From assembly GCA_000934665.2 (NCBI GenBank), contig KZ537967.1:62001-126000 (forward strand): a DNA stretch of 64,000 bases, in the 5' to 3' direction. This document shows, in pieces, positions 1 through 13,680 of the stretch. Origin of the DNA: Catajapyx aquilonaris. Its lineage: Eukaryota. The position numbers were made by a program, and so were the translations under genes. The notes beneath the pieces were generated by a model. It searched no databases. It was not told the origin of the DNA and saw only the letters and a list, made by a program, of their open reading frames with translations. Position 1 is the first letter of the stretch, and each line of letters starts with the position of its first letter.

Positions 1-3000
1 CAAAACAAATGGACAGAAAATAGGCCATTACCCAAATGACTTAGGTTCGCAATGTCCATTATTTCTGCCATGCACATAAATCGAGGTGCCCCAGAAGCGG
101 TCTCAAAATCTTGGAAGCAAAACAAGCGGAAAGGTGACTGCTGGTGTAACGGCTGATCGTGACGTGACGTGACAAAACCCGTACTAGCACAAAATGAGCA
201 TGTTTGCAAAAATAAGTCCAAATCGTAGTGGGACTTTCTGATTGGTCCGCCGGATATTGTTACCGCGACGGTCCGATTGGCCCGGGTTCTACGCATGCGC
301 AGTGGATGGATACAGCGCCTCTGGTGGGTGGGAGGAGGAACTATCCATTCCGTCTGTGGAGATATTTGGCAGTGGCAATAAAAAGCGATATAATCAAGCG
401 GGTCCGGTTGCTCCTGTAATGCCAAGCCTTTTCTCACCCTTTTCTCCCCGGAGAAGTGCGGCTTGCAAGGGGATGAAGCCCGTATTATTGGGGGGCGCAA
501 GGTACAGTTTGCGTGGAGCCCCCGAGCTTTTCCGGAGAAGGATTAGCGAGGAGGTCATCTGGCTTAGGACTCTTTGGGCTTATTTCCCTCGGGGTTTGAA
601 GGCGCCGCGCCCAGTTGGGAGGATGTAGCTCAATCCCATTCATTGCACACAAGGGGGATTTGCTTGCTTGCCGAGCCAGAATGCACTCCTAGTCCCTAAA
701 GGGCACAGGAAACACCCTAGCCTTCTTCACTTTTTACTCTCTGTTCTGCCACTTCTAGGCTGGGATGTGAAGCCAGAAGGATATGATGTGTACACTCAGA
801 GAGGGTCTGATTATTCTGGAGAGTTAGTTGAGGCTGAATATTGTCCCATGAGAAAAAGGTAAACTTTTGTTCCCAGCATTGACCAGCACCCTTGCATATA
901 TTCATGACAGCTAGTGACCAGAAAAGAGTGGTCACTCTTTTTTTCCCCTTGAGTCTCTCTTGGCATATCCCTGGGAGCAGATGTGCCACCTGCTAACTAA
1001 ATCGTGGACTTGGCACCGACAGGCTCCTGATTTGTATTCTATCTGCAGGACTTCTTCAGGCGCTGCAGCTGTGTCACTCCCCCCAATCTCGACACTAGCC
1101 GTGTTCAAATGGATTCCCAGTGGAGCCTTAAAGGGCCTCGAATGCTCTTCAAAGACAGGATTTCCTCAAATCCCGCCAGCAAGGCCTTTCACCCCCATCA
1201 TCTAGAGATATGAAGCACCCGAGCTGCATGCATTTTGATCTTCGATCTTGTTTTCAAACTCTAAAATTGACTCGAGTCGAGCTCTTGCACTACCCCATGT
1301 GCCATATTCTGAGTTACTAACACTATAGATGAATTTTTAGAAACGAGCGCGCGCACCCACACTCGCGCAGTTTTGGCAACGTCACGTCCCAAGCGTAGCG
1401 TTGGAAATCACCTGTCTCATCTAGGCTACTGCACAGATATCATTGACTAGCAGTGGACCTTTGACAAAAATATATAATTCTGCTCCATATTGAAGAGCAA
1501 TTAATCATTTTTGTCATTTCGATGAAGAATCATGGCAGACTGTTGGATGACTAATGAGCCGTTATTAATTACATTGCGGATTACTTTGCTGCTGTACAAT
1601 CTTTGAGAAAAAAAGGGGGGTCGGCCATGCATACTTTCACTTTCAAACAGTATTATCCTGGACATGCGGCGTACCTTGATGACAGGAGTGTCGTTTGGGT
1701 TGCATCCCGTCAGGATGTACACCCGGGGCGATTCCAATTTCCCCTAGGCCCCAGCGACTTTCGCCAATTTTCCCGCTCATTAAGGTCACGCTATTGACGC
1801 TCCGGAATGATATTCCTGTCCGACCAAAGCGGTCTGAAGTAATATAAAGCGCCACTTGGCTAGGCGGTGAATCACGCAAAATGGGGAGGGGTTTTACCCA
1901 AGGCAGAGAGCAGCTTCTAGGGTTAGGCAAAAACCTGGAATGCAAGCCATGCACTAAGGGATATACCCGGAAGGAAGGAAACCGCCAAAATTTATGCTTA
2001 TTGTAGTGACCACAATCGGTTTTGATTCAGGGGACCCATTAAGGTCGGGAGGCTTAATAGTCGGTTATTAGTTTTTTTAAAAAAAAAAGTTGTGCAGTTT
2101 CCAGCTGTGTAAGGAGACTATCCCCCAGTGCTAAATCAGGGATTAACTTTTCATAATCTTGTAATGGGGACTAAGTGCGTGCTTTGCTCTCTGGAGGAAA
2201 TTGCAGCGTCCGGTTTTAATGAGGGTTGGGACACACAAGGCGTTTAAAACTAGGGGGAAAAAACGGCGCGATTTTTCTGCAAAGGGCTAGTTTTTAAGAT
2301 AAGTTTGTGATAAGGGGTGTCACCATGGTGGCGGGTGTCAATCCTCTAGAAATCCTTAAAAATTGACTGGTTTTTTGGGGGGAGGCTTCACACCTGAAAT
2401 GCTATCTTGAGTGGAGGATAGAGTGTCTCAGAATCCTAGTAGTCCCATCATCTTGACGTCCAAAAAGTTTGTTTCTCCGAGGGTCCTGAGAGGCGAGACT
2501 GACGTTTCCATTTTGTGTTCCGTGGGTCTCCTCTCTTCTCATTCTGTGACAACAATTCCCGGACACGCCTTTCGTGACATCATGGGAGACACCTGCTCCC
2601 TCACTTTGCATATATTTCTACTGCTCTCCAATGTAATTTTTTTTTGCACGACAAAAAAATTGGTGGAGGCTGGCCATATTGGCAAGTCCTATGAGGTTGG
2701 TGGGTACAAAAGAGATGGGGATCTATATCCCCGTACTCGTTCATCTAATCCTGTAAAAGCGGGTTTTGTATCGTGGGAAGTCCTTGTCATCTGGATGTAA
2801 TATATCCTGCTCGAAATTTGCCAGTCCCCGGACTTTGATGCATACCGATTATGTGCTTCATCCTTGCAAAAAGAGGCGGCGTATATGGCCACATAAAGGA
2901 AACTTTTCATGTTTACAATTTTGTAGTCCCACTAGCTAGTACGGACTAAAAGCTCGCTAGGTTTTACCTTATTAATGCATTCCGTACGTATTTACACAGT

Positions 3001-5613
3001 AGAGTCCCCATGTGCGGTAAACCATTTCAAGCTACATGTTTGAGTAATTCGCTGGACTAAAGCTGGACGCACTTTGCCCAAAATATGTCTCGAAATTTAG
3101 CAAGCGGTTGACCAAGACATTAATAATTTTGATTGAAAACTGCTACCTATCCACAAAGTACAAAAAAATTTAAAGTAAAAAAAAAATGCAAAACGAGTAA
3201 GTACAAATCAACAAAATGAAGAAAAAAAATTCAAAATAGTAACAAGTATGGTCCGAAATATTTTCGACCATCCGTTATATGGTGATATGCAATTTATAAT
3301 CAGCGAATGGAGTGGACGATGGGCGGCCCCAGGGTCCAGTTTATTTCTCCTCCCCCCCCACCAAAAAAACACAGCTTATCGACATCACCAAAACGAGCAG
3401 TGTCTAAAATAGCCGTCGTATATCACCGTTAATGTTATAACATCTTGGCAGACCAGATTGAAATATGAGCAAAAGAAGAGATTCGACCGAATCATCCCAG
3501 CAGATAACCCCCGCCTTTGGGACAAGTATTTCACGTGTTACTCACACGTATTCACCCACATTTCCGGCTGTCCAAAGCTCCAAAAATTAATCAGATTATC
3601 TTGCAGGAATTTTTTTCGAAAAACCATATAGTTCAAGCCCAATTTACACCCATGCCTTCCCCCCCCCCCCGAAAAACCGTGCTTAATAAATTTCAACTCC
3701 GAATTGCAGCCTTGGGGGATATATCCTACAGCAAACAAGCCCATTTTTCAACCCCAGTTCCTACATGTGATAGGTTAATCCGCTCTCTATTTTTTTTTTC
3801 GAAGATTTTTTTTTCAGAAGGTTTTATCTACTGTGAATGACGCCGGAGACAATTGGGTGGCAGGGGGGCAAGGTGAAGCATCATTTCAAAGTTAGCCATC
3901 TTTGGAATCCAGCCCGCATACCCCACAAAGAAAACTGATGACTTTTTCTCTCCCCCTGCGAGCGAGAAAATGATTCGTATCGGAAACAGATATTTGAAAT
4001 CTATGCCGAATCGATTGACCATGAGGTTGGAACACACATGAAAAAAAAGTGCTGAAATATTGTACAGAGTGAGCCAAAAAAAACATAAAGAATCGAATTG
4101 ACACACCTTGTACATAGTGGAAGGGGGCAAATCGATAGGTTTTGACTCCCATGTGCCTATATAGGGTCTTCTCAAAGGGACAACCCGGGCCTTTACCACC
4201 GCCCCTTCAAAGGCCTTAGGATTCCGCACACCTCAAAGGGTTTTCTGCCGCACCCTTGCTCCTTATTCAAAAGACGCCTATCTGCCCCAGCGATATTGTC
4301 CTAGGAATGTTTAACAATGGCCTGGGACTCCCGGGATGAAGGTAATAATGTCACTCTGACCTCTTCTAAAGGAGGTTCACTCTACGACGAATTTGAACCC
4401 CCCACTTTTTTGGGGGGAGCAATTCGAGTGAGTGCTATGCTAAACAAATGCCTAGCCACAAAAGGTCACAGAGTGCTACTCGGTCATCAATACTAGAGAA
4501 GTAGTAGACAAAAACTAGAAGGTCTCGAAGGACACATAAAAAAGTCGACTCTCGGTGTGTGTGTTTTTTTTGTGTCCATGAGCAAGTAGGATGGGTCGAT
4601 GGACAAGTGGCGGACACGACGAGGTGTTGTCGGACCCTGATCGCTCAACGTCCCGGACTGTTTGCTATTACGCGGAATTGGGACAAAAAAATACGGAAGA
4701 GTTGGCAAAAAAAGGGGACATTTTTCGTCTTCAAATGGAATAGAGACTACCTGTATTGTGTGACCAGATATTGATTATAAATACACCTGAAATGGATGAA
4801 AAATATGTCAATTTGTTCAAGCTATTATTATGCCAATAATTTGCTAGAAAATTTGCTTTCAACAAATCCAATTACAGCACAATCTATCGAATAAGCTGCC
4901 CTTACCGCATAGATGTAACAAGCAAAGCTGCGCATTTTCCACACAGGTTTTAGCCTCCATTTTCACCAAAAAAAAGAGGGGTTGACCGAGGCTAAGAACC
5001 GGCCGGACTCCAATTCCAGTAATGTGAACCAATGGTCCATTTTATAGAGTTTGAAACGGCGTGAAACGGGACACCGCAGGGTTATACCTACTGAAAAGTA
5101 GGATCGTGTCCAATACTACCTCTCCCCCCAAACCCTCTTTGCCCTCCTCCAAAAAAAAATACCCTGGTTCCTCCTCTCAAACACTCCAAAAGCTTTGATT
5201 GCCACAACGACTCATTTTGCCTCATCGAACATGGTCGGACTTTATCCCTGGTGCCCATTCCCCTCATTGATGGACGGCACAATCTTTGGGTGCCTTTTAC
5301 TTTTGCCCAACCCACCCCATTTGACAGACACGCCTTTCAGGGATTGGGCCACCAACGCAAAACTCGGATTATGCGGGATCGGTTCAGAGCTGCGGATCTA
5401 CTCGCGGTCCAGGGTTAAATGAATCACAATCGGATTTCCATATTGTCCTCCTTCCGTTTATTTTCATACCCGGCATATCTGACCTACTTTGGAGACGTAC
5501 AGGGTGTCTCTCAAAAATGATGAACACTTTCAGAACCTCTGTATAATATGTCAAAAAAGGTTTAGGAAAAGTCTAAGCCAAAGTTTAGAGGCCAATTTGT
5601 AGGCAAAGTATAT

Positions 5614-5865
5614 CACTCTAAAAAATTTCGAGTATTTTTCCACTCGTTTTGAGTGAAAATCACTTGATCTCTTTCACTCAGAATGAGTATAATCATTTCA
5701 CTCAATGAAAGAGTAGTCTCTCACTTACTGTCATTCTTTCTTGGAGTAATATTCCACTCGATGCGAGTTAAAGTAAATCTTCGCTGAGGAAAATTAACTC
5801 AAAAAGAGCATTTTGCAAAATCGCTCCTTTTTGAGTGAAGTTTTCCCTCGAAATTTTTTAGAGTG
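5614..5865. mobile_element. Non-autonomous DNA transposon (MITE) with 19-bp perfect TIRs and CAC...GTG termini
   Basis: CACTCTAAAAAATTTCGAG at 5614-5632 and its exact reverse complement at 5847-5865; internal ACTC/GAGT subterminal motifs; AT-rich flanks. Confidence 0.8.
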
Positions 5866-5872
5866 TTATATA

Positions 5873-6250
5873 AGGGATATACATAAGAGGGGCGAACTTT
5901 GGTAATCGCCTTTGATGTCCGCGTGTCTCTGTTTGGGGCCGTTGCCAAGGCTGGCGGCCATTTTGAAGCGGGGGGAACGCCAACGAGGTATAACTAGGGT
6001 ACAGGCAGGCCGTAAGGTCCGCCATCTTTGATGGATTTGGCTGCCATGGCAATACACGGCAAGAACACGCGCGAATTCGAATATTTTTGGGGTATCAAAG
6101 ATGGCGGACCTTATGGCCTGCCTGTACCCTATTTATACCTCGTTGGCGTTGCCCCCGCTTCAAAATGGCCGCCAGCCTTGGCAACGCCCCAAACAGAGAC
6201 ACGCGCGAATCGAATGTTTGCGCCTCTTATGTGTATGTATATGCTCCCTG
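5873..6250. mobile_element. Foldback-type MITE with ~160-bp inverted arms
   Basis: Left arm 5873-6032 and right arm 6094-6250 are near-perfect reverse complements (e.g. GTTGCCAAGGCTGGCGGCCATTTTGAAGCGGGGG vs CCCCCGCTTCAAAATGGCCGCCAGCCTTGGCAAC); flanked by TATA runs. Confidence 0.8.
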
Positions 6251-9200
6251 GTTATATATACAGTATAGACCAACGTTTAGAGCAAAGTCTAGGGCTCTAG
6301 GCCAACTTTTATGCAAGAGTTTAAGACAAATGTTTAGGACAAAGTACAGGCCAACGTTTAAGGCAAAGTTTCAGCATCTCAAGAATGAAACCTGTTTTTA
6401 ACAGCTCATATTTCTCTAAACTCAGAGGTCGTTTAATCCCCCCAAAAAACCGTTGGCCACTTTGAAACCGGAAAAGGGTGAAACAAAAGACTTTGTGCTT
6501 CCGCTTGGCCTAATGGAGGCGCCGCCTGTCAGAAGAAAGTGGCATTAGATCTGATTCCTGATGTTTTCTGCACAACAAAAGATGAAAATCCGGGCAGAGA
6601 AAGATTCGTTTTTTTCCCCTTCCAGTCTTTCCTCACGTTAATTACAGGCGGTGGCTTGGTAAAATTCGTGTAGTCAGATTTCCTCGACTAAATTAAAGCT
6701 CCGGCTCTGGTTCTCCAATTTGGAACAGGGACTCCATATACCTGCAAGACTCAAATATCGTAATTAGTTTCAGTACATGGCGCTGTTTTTCAACGAAAGC
6801 GTAATGAAAATGCGATATGATGCCAGACTGAAAAAAACGATAAATATTCTGACTTTTACCGGACATCAAGTGTCTATACATCCCGTTGCCTGTGTAAATC
6901 CTCAATATATTTTACTGTTGGGAGAAAAGCATCGGCCTTTTTTGGGCCAATGAAGACCAGGAAAGAGGAAGACGGCCATGTAAAATTCAACTGCTGGAAA
7001 GTGGAGAGTCAGTCGGGAATACTCGCGGTTGCATCTGGAAACGGATTTCCTTTCCCTTGCGCTTTCTTCAATTTCCATGCCATTGGCTCACCCAGACTTT
7101 TTATACATAACCCCCACACTATTTCCAGCGATTGTCTGTTAAACATTTCCAGCAATTGTCAGTCAGACACTGTGCCTTATGAAGGTCCATCTCGCAGCGA
7201 AATAATTTGTAAGTCGTACCCTATTCAGGGTAGTGAAAATAACTGCTCCAGAGAAGCAATTTAGTGCTAATTATTCTCATGTGAATATCCTCCATCCTTC
7301 ACATTAATGCACAAACATGCTGCAATTTATGCATTGACCGATAGATAATGTTCAAAAGGATGTTTAAAAAAATCCCCAACGTCGCTCTCGCCATCTCTGG
7401 TCTGGTTGCAATTTTCACAATATTCTCTCACCTTTTCATTGCAAATGTGTTGAGGGTTGGTGGGGTGTGGAAAAGAGGAGGAGGGGAGGGGGGGATTTTG
7501 GAAAGGCGCAGCTGTTGCAGCGGACATGCTTAAAGCTAATTGGCGCTTTGTAACGCGGCTAGTTTAACAGTCCATGCCATAGGCGTTCCTAACCGCACTT
7601 GCTGCCACTGCACACTGCATTATGTACTCGCTTTGCATCAAGTCTCCAGCAGCTTTTGGAAGGGAGCTTTTAGACCTACTTGCTAACACGCTGCATTTCC
7701 CCTATTGCCTAGGACCACTCTCTAACTCTCAATGGGAGCAAAGTTGTCGCCTACGAAATATTGTCGCCTAAATATTACATTAGTTGCACACACTTGGCAA
7801 GGTAATGTCAAATTAAGTAATCAAAATTTTTTGCACTCTTTTCATATATTGGTCCATCCCTTTTGAGCCACTTGCAACTTCTTTCCAGAAAATACTTTGA
7901 GAGAGAGAGAGAAAAAAAAAACGTTGTGCACTTCCCTTGTTGAGTTGACTCTCTCTGCAGGAACTCGGCTGCGATTTACAGGTGAAAATGCATAATGGCA
8001 GCGGGCCCGAAATCGATTTTAAAAGCTATCAAAGGAAATATGAGAAAGAGGGGGGTGTAGAAAAGAGGGGGGGGGGGGTGGTACTGGAAATGGCAGCCGG
8101 GCGAGAAATTGAGGAATAGAGAAAAAAAAAAGATGGAAGTTGCAGCAAGGGGAAAGTCTGCAAGCCGGAATAAAAGGGTTCCACGGTCGTATATGTGAAG
8201 AGTTGAACAGTGAGAAGCTAATGAACGGCCATTGAGCTGCCAGAACTCTTATGGATATCAGTCTGAAAAGTCATCATTTCAAAGAAAAAGAGCTTCTTCC
8301 AAAAGGTGAGAATATACGTGTCCTGAACCATTAACTGATCTTAATTATTTTGCAGCATCTTAGGGTCTTTGATTTTTCAAATATTATGTCCGGTACATGT
8401 CAGTAGAGGATGTCTTTTGAGTCGGAATGGTAGTGCAGCTGGGCAAATGGCGTCGGATCGATCTGCGGGGGAGTGAGGGTCTTGCGTTGGATGGGTGGGG
8501 GTTGGGTTGGGTGGGCTTTTTGGGAGAGAGGCGTCCCGGCGACCTTTCAACCCTGGGCTCGATTCTGCCGCCCATCCAGCTCTGACAGGATCCTGCCATC
8601 TGGGTCCTGATGGCGCCCTGGGAACCCCCCCAACAGGAGATGTCACAACCCTTGCTGGAAAGAAGCTCAACCCTGTTAACACCACCTCTGATCCAGACGT
8701 GTAAGGACCGCAGCGCCATCTCATAAAGATCAACGCTCCCGAAATGAGATCGTGTGGGTCTGCTGGGGGGGAAAAAAAGAAGGAGGGGTGGCTTACAATC
8801 TTTTTCACTTCTGTTCTTAACGGGGGAGGACCTTCAAAAAAAAATACCCGAAGAGAAAATGGTTCCTGAACCACTTGTTTTCCAATCGAGGTCATGTCCT
8901 CTTATTCAGGTTCCTAGTTGTGTCAAAAAGTAAGATATTAGCAACAGGCCACTCTGACATAATGATATGGAAAAGTTTTGCAATATTTTTGTTTGAGAGG
9001 ATGTGCCATACAGTGTGGTTTGATACAGTTTAATAAAAATTCTGGTAATATAATCAGAGATGCATTATTAAAAACTTTTATAACCTTTTGGACTCTGAGC
9101 ACAGGCAGCAAAATAATTTCATTAACATATTAAATCACTGCAAATATGACCACTGCAGTAATAAAATAATAAATCGTTGCACCTTGTACCTGTTGAATTG

Positions 9201-12200
9201 GCTATTTTTTTTTTTTTGCTTTTTCAAAATTGTAACAAGTTCGCAGCACAATCCTTCGCTTCAGTAGCTGCGGTCTTACTCTTGCACACAATTGAGTCAG
9301 CTTTTGAAGCCGTCCAAAATATTGTCGAGTGTTGGCTTGGGCTTCAGTGCTTTCCAATATTCCTGTGCAACTCAATACGCATCACTCAACAAACAAAAAC
9401 ACAAACCACGTTATAAAATTATCGTCCACATTCCAGTAACTCCGGGCCTTTGCACACACACCGCTTCCAACGTTAACTCTCTTTTCAACCAATAATCCCA
9501 CAGGAACAGTTCATATCCAGATATTTTTCAACGCCTCTCTCCCCGGCAAAACCCACTCTAAAAAATATTTGGTTTTTTTTTTTAAAAAAAACTCCCATTC
9601 CAAAGTGCAAACACCCACCTTTTCCACGTGAGATGATACCACAGTGGGATTACAAGAGATTTCCTACATTTTGTTAAGCTTAAATGATCGCATGCTCTCT
9701 CTCTCTCTCGAATTGCCAGGAATGAAATGGAAGCGGTGGGATGAACTGTGACCCCCAAAAAATATATATATGAGAGCACGATTTTTTCCCCCTAAAAAAA
9801 TTGTGCTGTTATTAACGGAATGTGAGCAGGGTTAGAACATAAGCTTGGTGTCTCATAATCCAAAAGGATTATAATGTCTGTTTGTGAGCAAATGCGGATG
9901 CGCCCGCCTTGGGCTTCTGCTGGTTTATTCCGGACAGCCCGGATTTGTCGCTGTGTGAAGACCCCCCGGATTATACTCAAGAGACCCTTGGATCAAAAAC
10001 CTACTTTTTTCCGTGGGATATATCCCCCCCAAAAAATATTGTAACATTGTGAGAAACCAGCCACTATGCACTATGAAAAAATGAATTTGTTATCAAATAT
10101 CTTTGCAACAAAATTTTGTACACTGGAATAAGTGGGTTAGATTTTCTGAGGGATACACGTATTGTATCGTTCATTGCGAATTGAGCCCTCGGTTCTGAGC
10201 GTGTTTGCACTGAGCGAAAATGCATGGCAAATCGAAATTATGGATTCATTTTCCCAGCGACTCTTGTGTAAACAAGTATAAATCAGTTTCAAGGCGGAAT
10301 CGTGTTGACGCTGGAATTTCTGTCTCATTCCGTTGCGTTGTTATGCAAATCAAATTTTATTCCTGTTGACAAAACAATTCCGTTTCGACTGTGGTGTTGG
10401 GGGGGGGGGGGGTCCGGCTTTTTGTTATTAATAGCCTCCAGTAATAACAGAGTAATAATGGTTGCAATTCTAAGTGAGCTTCCCCATCCCCTAAAAACAG
10501 TTTGCGTTACAAATTGACGGAATTGATTGATATTACTTGTGGGGCAATTGGCCGAAATGCGATAAACTATAGGGTAGCTTTTATTCCCCCCACATTCGTT
10601 TCAATAAAACGATACTAAAGCTCTGTAATAATGTGTACATGCATAAATGTCGTTCATTCCCGTAGCATGCATTGCAGCCCCACCGTAAATGAGAAAAGCA
10701 GTTTCTGTAATTGAGCTATTAATTACAGAGCTGAAATCATGCATCAATACAGTTTTTCTCAGTAAAACTTTCAAAAAAAAATCTGCAGAAAATTCAGAAA
10801 AAGCATAATTCGTGAAAATATAGCCAATATAATTTTAGCAAATCCTTTCCCCCCTTTTTTGCATATTTTTTTTGTCGTATTCTTGGCTCGATCCTCTGCA
10901 TCTCATGATGTTTTTTTTTCTTTCAAACTGCACCATGTTAGCCCGGTCTTATTTCTTGCAAGGATTTATATTGATTATAATACCCTACTTGGACTCCATC
11001 CTGGTCATATTGTTTCCCTAGGACTGCAGGGCGGCAAACAATCTTGTTACTGGAAAATGGGATTGTTATTCAGAGGGGGAAAAAAGGGGGGAGGGGGAGA
11101 GGCATACTTATTTGTTTTCCAAAAAAATCTTCCAGCAGAGCTTCCAGCAAAAGCCTTATCTGGATAAGAGTACCCGAAATGTTTCCTTACTACACAAAGC
11201 CCCATTGTTATCGTAACATGCGAATAATATGACAACAATAGGCGCTTTGAATATTGGGTAAAATTCATCTTGCAATTTTTGATGGGGCTTCTAATGTGTA
11301 TAAATAATTTTTGGCCGTTATAATCCTGCTCATTGTTGCATATCAGCTTTTGAACCAAGATACAGTATCACCGAGAGAAAAAAAAACGTTCCGGATCAAT
11401 TACGGTTGCTGGAAATTGGAAAGTTTGCACTGTAATTTTTGCTCGCAAAAACATGACTTTACGCGAAACACCTAATGGATTTTTTAAAAAAGCTCCGTCT
11501 AAAAAGTGCATCATGGCATATGCTACAAGTGCACAAACCAAATTTTAATCTGTTTGCCAACTTCGAATCCCACATTTTTTTTGCGAGACACTGAATAAAC
11601 AACCCACTTGCAAAAGCTACAAATCCTCTACAGCCAATTGCACCTAGAGAGTGGTTTTCTAACATTACCGGTGTGGAACTGCGGAAAAAATAATGATCCG
11701 GATGAGAGGAAAAATAACTGTACTTTTTTTTTGCAGAGTAAAGTAGGAGAGCTGGCCAAGTGGCGATTCTGTTCAATTTTGCAACATTTTTTTGCAAAAA
11801 CAGGGCCTGGGACTATTGATCCGATCTGTATCCGGATCAGATTATTATGTTTGTGACTCTGGCATCACATGTATGACCCCGAAAAAAAATGTGTGCAGAA
11901 TAATACGCACATAATACGAGAAGAGGCGATGACTTTTTTGCGGGGAAAAAATGGCGGCGGAAGCAGCTTGGAATTTATTTGGACAGGTGGAGATATCTGC
12001 GAAATCTGGTGCAAATCCCTGCTCGAGGTTCGCGAAAGGTCGAGATATAAGACGCCATTAGACCTCCCACAATTTTCTTTAGAACGTGGTCAGTGTCAGG
12101 CCATTTCCTCCCCCCCCCCCCCAAAATACAGGGTGTTCCAACAATTTCTTTTTGGCAATATTGCAGATATTCAGATTGATTCCACTTGAGTCAGTTTGGA

Positions 12201-13590
12201 ACTAATTGCGTTCCTAGCAACATTTTAAAAGAGGATTTGGTCCTATACCCTCCCTTTTTGCAAAATTTAGTGCCTTCTGAAAGTTGCCAGCTCGTCACTT
12301 ACTCCCCAATGTCCTCCCCAGCAGTAATGAATGGCTACCGGTATGTGCTTTTCCTGGAGCTTTGGGCTTCCTTCCTATCTGGGGTTCACTTTTCCTGGTG
12401 CTCTTCCAAAGGGAATCGTCGCCTCGCCTGCCTCCACAAAAGCCCCAGGGCACCATTCTCTCATTCTCTCTGCCACACCACCCCCACCCACCCCCACCCA
12501 CCACCAACCCCCTCTGCAGCAGCAAGCACAAGAGATCCAGAGGGACGTCCAAGAGAGGCTTAATTAGAGCTGACGTAATCCTGGCTGCCTTCCACTCCAT
12601 CTGACCATCACAGCACAAGGTGAGTCACAACTGTTGGATTGGCAGACGCTGTTTGTTGATCGCAAAAATACAATCTCCAAATCCATACACACATTGTTCT
12701 CAGTACGTTTTTAGTGTTTGTGGCAATTCAGACAGATGACCCGACCGTTCTGACTCACACTGTACACCGGACTATCGAGTTTTCCAGCGACATTCGACTA
12801 TTGTGCCCCAAACTCTCCCCCCCCCCCAAACTATCTGGGAAAGGAGGAGGGGGGTAAAACGGCACAACTGGGAGAGATAAATGCGCCGTTGACTATTAGA
12901 AGCGGGTAATTAACGGCCTCCAAGGGCTTGCAAATGGCAATTAGCACAAGAGCTGGTATTAAGGACCACGTCGATGGGAAAGACATTATTGAGGCCTTCT
13001 CTACACCCCCCCCCCCCCCCACACACACACAACCAAAGTCCCTGCTTCTGAAAGTGCAGTCGTCCGTGTCTAATTAATTGCCAGCACTTGTGCCAATAGT
13101 AATGAAGACTATTTTTTTCTCTCTCTCTTTTTCCCAAGCGAGGGCCATTGTTGCGTATGTTCAAGTGTGTGGTGGTGGAAATTCCATGCATGAGATGTGC
13201 AAAACGGTGGGTTTAATTACTCGATTCGCGAGCAGGGAGGATCTGTCCCCAGCAACCGACCCTGAGGGTTTGATATAGACAAGAAGAGTGGATGACAAAG
13301 GTTCAATTACATGCATACGAGTCAGCAAAAGATCACTTGTGAACACAGAGACGAGGATGCTTCAAAAGTTTAGGACAAACCTTTGTAACTAGGTTAGCTA
13401 TCAACAATTGATTGAACAACTTACCTTTGGCTGCAAAATGTCGTTGGCATCTACCGATTTCCTTCCCAACTTACCTTTGCCTCCGTCATGTCGTGCCGGA
13501 TTTTTTTTTTTTTGACATAATCTTTCTCCTAATAGGCTTCTTCTCTCTGTCGGATGCTCGTCCAACCCGATAGTATCACTCGCTCTCTCA

Positions 13591-13680
13591 CGACCTGAAG
13601 GTGGCAGGAGTGTGCAGAGGGATGGTGCGACATCTATGCCTGAAGGAAAGTACTATGTGGTAAATCGGTGGGTCATCTTT
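13591..13680 (+). repeat. Short dispersed repeat (~80-90 bp), copy 1
   Basis: CGACCTGAAGGTGGCAGGAGTGTGCAGA...CATCTATGC...GTACTATGTGGTAAATCGG; also at 15108 and 46702, diverged at 32596. Confidence 0.8.

Larger units (their letters stand above)
5500..6372. repeat. Degenerate short-period tandem repeat (GCAAAGTATAGGCCAACGTTTAG-like) that hosts two inserted MITEs; begins with a TA-CAGGGTG end
   Basis: Similar units left (5556-5613, e.g. GCCAAAGTTTAGAGGCCAATTTGTAGGCAAAGTATA) and right (6261-6372, e.g. ACAAAGTACAGGCCAACGTTTAAGGCAAAGTTT) of the two MITEs; TACAGGGTG at 5498. Confidence 0.45.

Noticed and set aside
150..420. Promoter-like cluster (TGACGTGACG, two ATTGG boxes)
   Set aside because: Short motifs with no associated gene or transcript evidence in the window.
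621..700. GGATGTAGCTCAA resembling a tRNA 5' end/A-box
   Set aside because: No cloverleaf, anticodon arm or B-box follows.
8306..8355. 50-nt intron-like segment (AAG|GTGAG...TTTTGCAG)
   Set aside because: The splice signals look plausible but I found no convincing reading frame across them; cannot be supported without RNA data.
12331..12625. Pro/Gln-rich ORF end and nearby AAG|GTGAGT donor
   Set aside because: An in-frame stop precedes the donor; low-complexity C-rich DNA explains the composition.
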